DNA of 64,000 nucleotides from Nitrosopumilaceae archaeon. GTDB lineage: Archaea; Thermoproteota; Nitrososphaeria; Nitrososphaerales; Nitrosopumilaceae. Under the pieces are notes generated by a model. That model did no database searches. It was not told where the DNA came from and saw only the letters and a program-made list of their open reading frames with translations. Made by a program: the position numbers and the translations under genes. Each line of letters opens with the position of its first letter. Within the stretch, counting starts at the first letter, position 1. Shown here one piece after another: positions 61,229-64,000 of this stretch. Where the stretch lies: positions 448,001 through 512,000 of the forward strand of contig CBDCCK010000002.1 of NCBI GenBank assembly GCA_965214835.1, given 5' to 3'.

Positions 61229-61358
61229 GGGGTTGTCGCCTAATTCCACTTGTTTGACCCAATCTGCACGTTTTTCTGAACTTCCGCCCTTTTGCACACC
61301 TGATCCATATGGCATCTCAACGGTTTTCAGGAATTCTGGCGAATTAGGCGATAACCCC
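61229..61358. mobile_element. MITE family E (inverted)
   Basis: Reverse complement of 33399-33528. Confidence 0.85.
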
Positions 61359-61359
61359 C

Positions 61360-62082
61360 ATATCATCATACACCTCCTTCATAAAAGACAAAGTTGGTAT
61401 TACGGATCAGAACTCACTGGCAACGCTAACAAAATCCCTTGCAGATACAGTATCCCCTCCCGGATTAGGCCAGGTAAACCGAGTCCATTTCCACATCAGG
61501 GCAGTTGCAAGAAAAATGCTCTCCCAAGTAAAACCCACGCTGACTACGACAGAGATTCAGGAGATCGTGGAGATATTAACAGAGCGAACATTTATTCACG
61601 GACATTCCATCGGGAGGCACGAAGCAAAACAGATAGGATTGCTAGTCGACGATATGGATGAAGTGGTGGAAAAATTATGCTGGAATCTGTTCCTGCAATA
61701 CGAGAAGGATTTGAAGCTTAACTCGTTTACAGATCCTCTGGATTATTTTGACCGTGACGATCAGGATGAATATGTGGAGGATGGTGCAATCCTTGCATGT
61801 ATAGAATCGGCAAACAAATGCCACGAATACTCTGGATCCCTACAGCTGAAGAAAGTCAGGCAGCCTCCGCCACAGCTTAATCTCAACGTCAATGTTCCGA
61901 TCCAACTCCCTGCAAACATTCTGAGCCAAAATATCCCGGAAGAAACTCGACGTATGCTGCAAGAGATGCAACAGAACGTAGCTAGCCAAGTAGGCTACAT
62001 GATTACAGATCAGCTAAGAAAAAGCATGCCGGTAGTTGGAGTAAACATCAGCAACATGAAAATGATGTGGAGAGAGGTTTGA
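61360..62082 (+). pseudogene. SDH/ClpP-class serine protease, 5' truncated
   Basis: Frame is open from the MITE edge (SYTSFIKDKVGITDQ...LGQVNR..HIR); HGHSIGRHEAKQIGL; N-terminal part missing. Confidence 0.7.
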
Positions 62083-62307
62083 CAACTCTCGTGTTTGGGC
62101 AAAGGAATACATCTTCTACTAATACATGTTGATCTCTGAAAGCCAAATTCATAATAGGACTCTTTTTCTGCTTCAACATCGGCGATCCTCTCGGTATGTG
62201 TATAGTTCTCAAGATCGAATATCGGAGTGGTTATGGTGATCTTGGTGTTTTTGCCATTCATCCTGTTTACTCTACGTTGTCTCCCCTTTTATAATAGCTA
62301 CCTATGT

Positions 62308-62428
62308 CAGTCTTCCCAGAAGTAACCGACTCGTGGCGGTGCAGGAGGCGACATGCGGATCTGCAGGCAGCCTCATTTGAATTGTTTCGAACCTAGGATA
62401 ATTTGATGCGGTACTTCTGGGAAGACTG
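62308..62428. mobile_element. MITE family C
   Basis: Family C TIR. Confidence 0.88.
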
Positions 62429-62433
62429 TGGCG

Positions 62434-62612
62434 CGACATACCCTTATATGCGGCACCACGGCGGCGCCGCATACACCGATAACGACAGGAAGCTACCGGG
62501 GTGCTTTCAAAACCCCTTTCCTAATTTTTTTATTTTTGATATCTTCAATATGGCAAGCGGTAAGAAGTCATTACTAGATTTTATGCGTAAACGAAAGTAG
62601 CAATCTTGCCCC
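62434..62612 (+). repeat. ~175-bp dispersed repeat (copy 2)
   Basis: Collinear with 53797-53971. Confidence 0.85.
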
Positions 62613-62649
62613 TGTCCCCCACAGACAAAGAGAGGGCAGAGGTCACCTC

Positions 62650-62778
62650 GAGGTTGTTTCCTAATTCGTCAGAATTCCTGAAAACCGTTGAGATACCACA
62701 TGGATCAGGCGTGCAAAAGGGCGAAAATTCAGAAAAACATACAGATTGAACAGGCAAGTGGAATTAGGAAACAACCCC
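62650..62778. mobile_element. MITE family E
   Basis: Family E TIR; 9-bp TSD GGTCACCTC. Confidence 0.9.
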
Positions 62779-62799
62779 GGTCACCTCATCTTAAGCAAC

Positions 62800-63897
62800 T
62801 ATACTGATGACCATTGAAAATTTCGCCTCCCTTACAAGCTGCGCTCAAGATACTTGTAGATGTCAACCCTGATGGAACACGTCCTAAAGTATTCCGAGAC
62901 GGCCTTTTTGAGGTGATCCACCGTGTCGTAAAAGGCAGACGTGACCAGCCTGTACTTGGCATCCTTCCAGACTGCCTCTATGGCGCTCAGCTCCGGCCTA
63001 GCTACCGGCAGGTACAGCAAGACAACGTCGGGATTTTTCTTTAGGTATCTGCGGACCTTCTTGGTCTTGTGCTGTGCTGCGTTGTCCATCACCATCAGGA
63101 CCTTTCCCCACTTTTTGTGCGCCTGTTTAAGATAATGCACAAAGTTTGCGCTGTTGAACCTGTCGTACGTGCGCATCAGCCTGGTTCCGTCGTCTGCAAT
63201 CGTCCCGTATACCACGACGCGCTCCCTTCTGCCGGATCGTTCCACCTCGATCCTGTCCCCCACGGGCGACCAGAACTTTTTGCCGTCCCTTCCCGTACTG
63301 ACGAATATCGATTCGTCCTGTACGGTTATCCTAAATCCGCGCCTTTTTGCAAGCTTTATCGCAGTTTTTGCCTCTCTTTGCCACCGTCTTACAGCTTTTG
63401 CGTCGGCAGCATCTGCCAGCTTGGTAGTTGATGTCTTTAGCGAAAACCCCATCGCGCGCAGGATCCTCCTGATGCTTCCCACGCTGTATGTGACATGCAG
63501 CCTGTGGCGCACCCAGTTGCACAGCTTCTTCGGGGTGAGCTTTTCCATCCTGCGCAGCCTCGTGGCGATCTTTTTTATCCTGCCGACCGGAACCTTTGGT
63601 TTTTTGCCCCTGTTGGGGGAGTCACGGAGGCCCTCGATGCCGTCAAGCTCGAACCTTTCAACCCACATCTGTACGGTGCGCTGTGTCACGTCGGCAATCT
63701 CCGCAGTATGTGCGGTGGTGTTGCCAAGCAGTACGGAGCGCACCGCCATGATTCTGGTGTGAGTCTTGAGATCCTTTTCGACATGCATGGCATCCGTGAG
63801 GATTTTCGTCTTGTTCATGCCGGGAGTGACATGGTGGGGAGCTATAAACCTTTACAAGATGTGTGATCAGGCGAAATTTTCAATGACCATCAGTATA
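62800..63897 (-). mobile_element. IS630-family element, intact 328-aa transposase (62832-63818)
   Basis: TIR TACTGATG..CATTGAAAATTTCGCCT; TA flanks; QDES, MDNA and PELSAIE. Confidence 0.94.
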
Positions 63898-64000
63898 GGC
63901 ACGAATTTGCAGTAATTTGCATACTGCCGATCACAAGTTCGTGAATAAAATCGATCCCCTTCGGATGAACCTTCTGACATCAAGCTGAGTGCTGGACGTT

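Noticed and set aside
62010-62261. 83-aa minus-strand ORF with an upstream TATA-like box
   Set aside because: No recognisable motif, and it overlaps the protease 3' end; not enough support to call.

Overview
This is a chromosomal window from an ammonia-oxidising archaeon (Nitrososphaerota, Nitrosopumilaceae-like). The GC-rich backbone, large LVIVD surface protein and heavy IS/MITE load suggest a host-associated lineage such as a sponge symbiont (inference). 1-25.3 kb is mostly core genome: LVIVD/Ig surface protein, pepA, 5S rRNA, ABCE1, Trm5-like, Ard1, site-2 protease, tRNA-Leu(UAA) with two introns, tRNA-Thr(GGU), an IS-hit dam, the amoA-X-C-B(-Y-Z) cluster with a tRNA-Pro(CGG) and IS debris between amoX and amoC, rps15, a DHH protein, Pcc1 and serS. 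25.3-64 kb is a defence/mobility island. It holds an HNH nuclease, a duplicated RelBE-like/integrase-fragment module, a Doc-like pair and a tyrosine integrase. An AT-rich block carries DISARM core genes drmABC with no methyltransferase, coupled instead to a 1384-aa SF2 helicase with an internal PKD-like domain. Further on are a YwgA/Panacea + SAMHD1-like HD pair and a MORC/GHKL ATPase-AbiEi fusion with an IS-split AbiEii toxin. IS5, IS66, IS481, IS630 and ISH3-like elements and about ten MITE families are scattered through the island. A recurrent GGCGCGACATA-N6 site lies at the boundaries of several defence modules and may be the integrase's recombination site. All calls come from reading motifs by eye; no database searches or computations were run.
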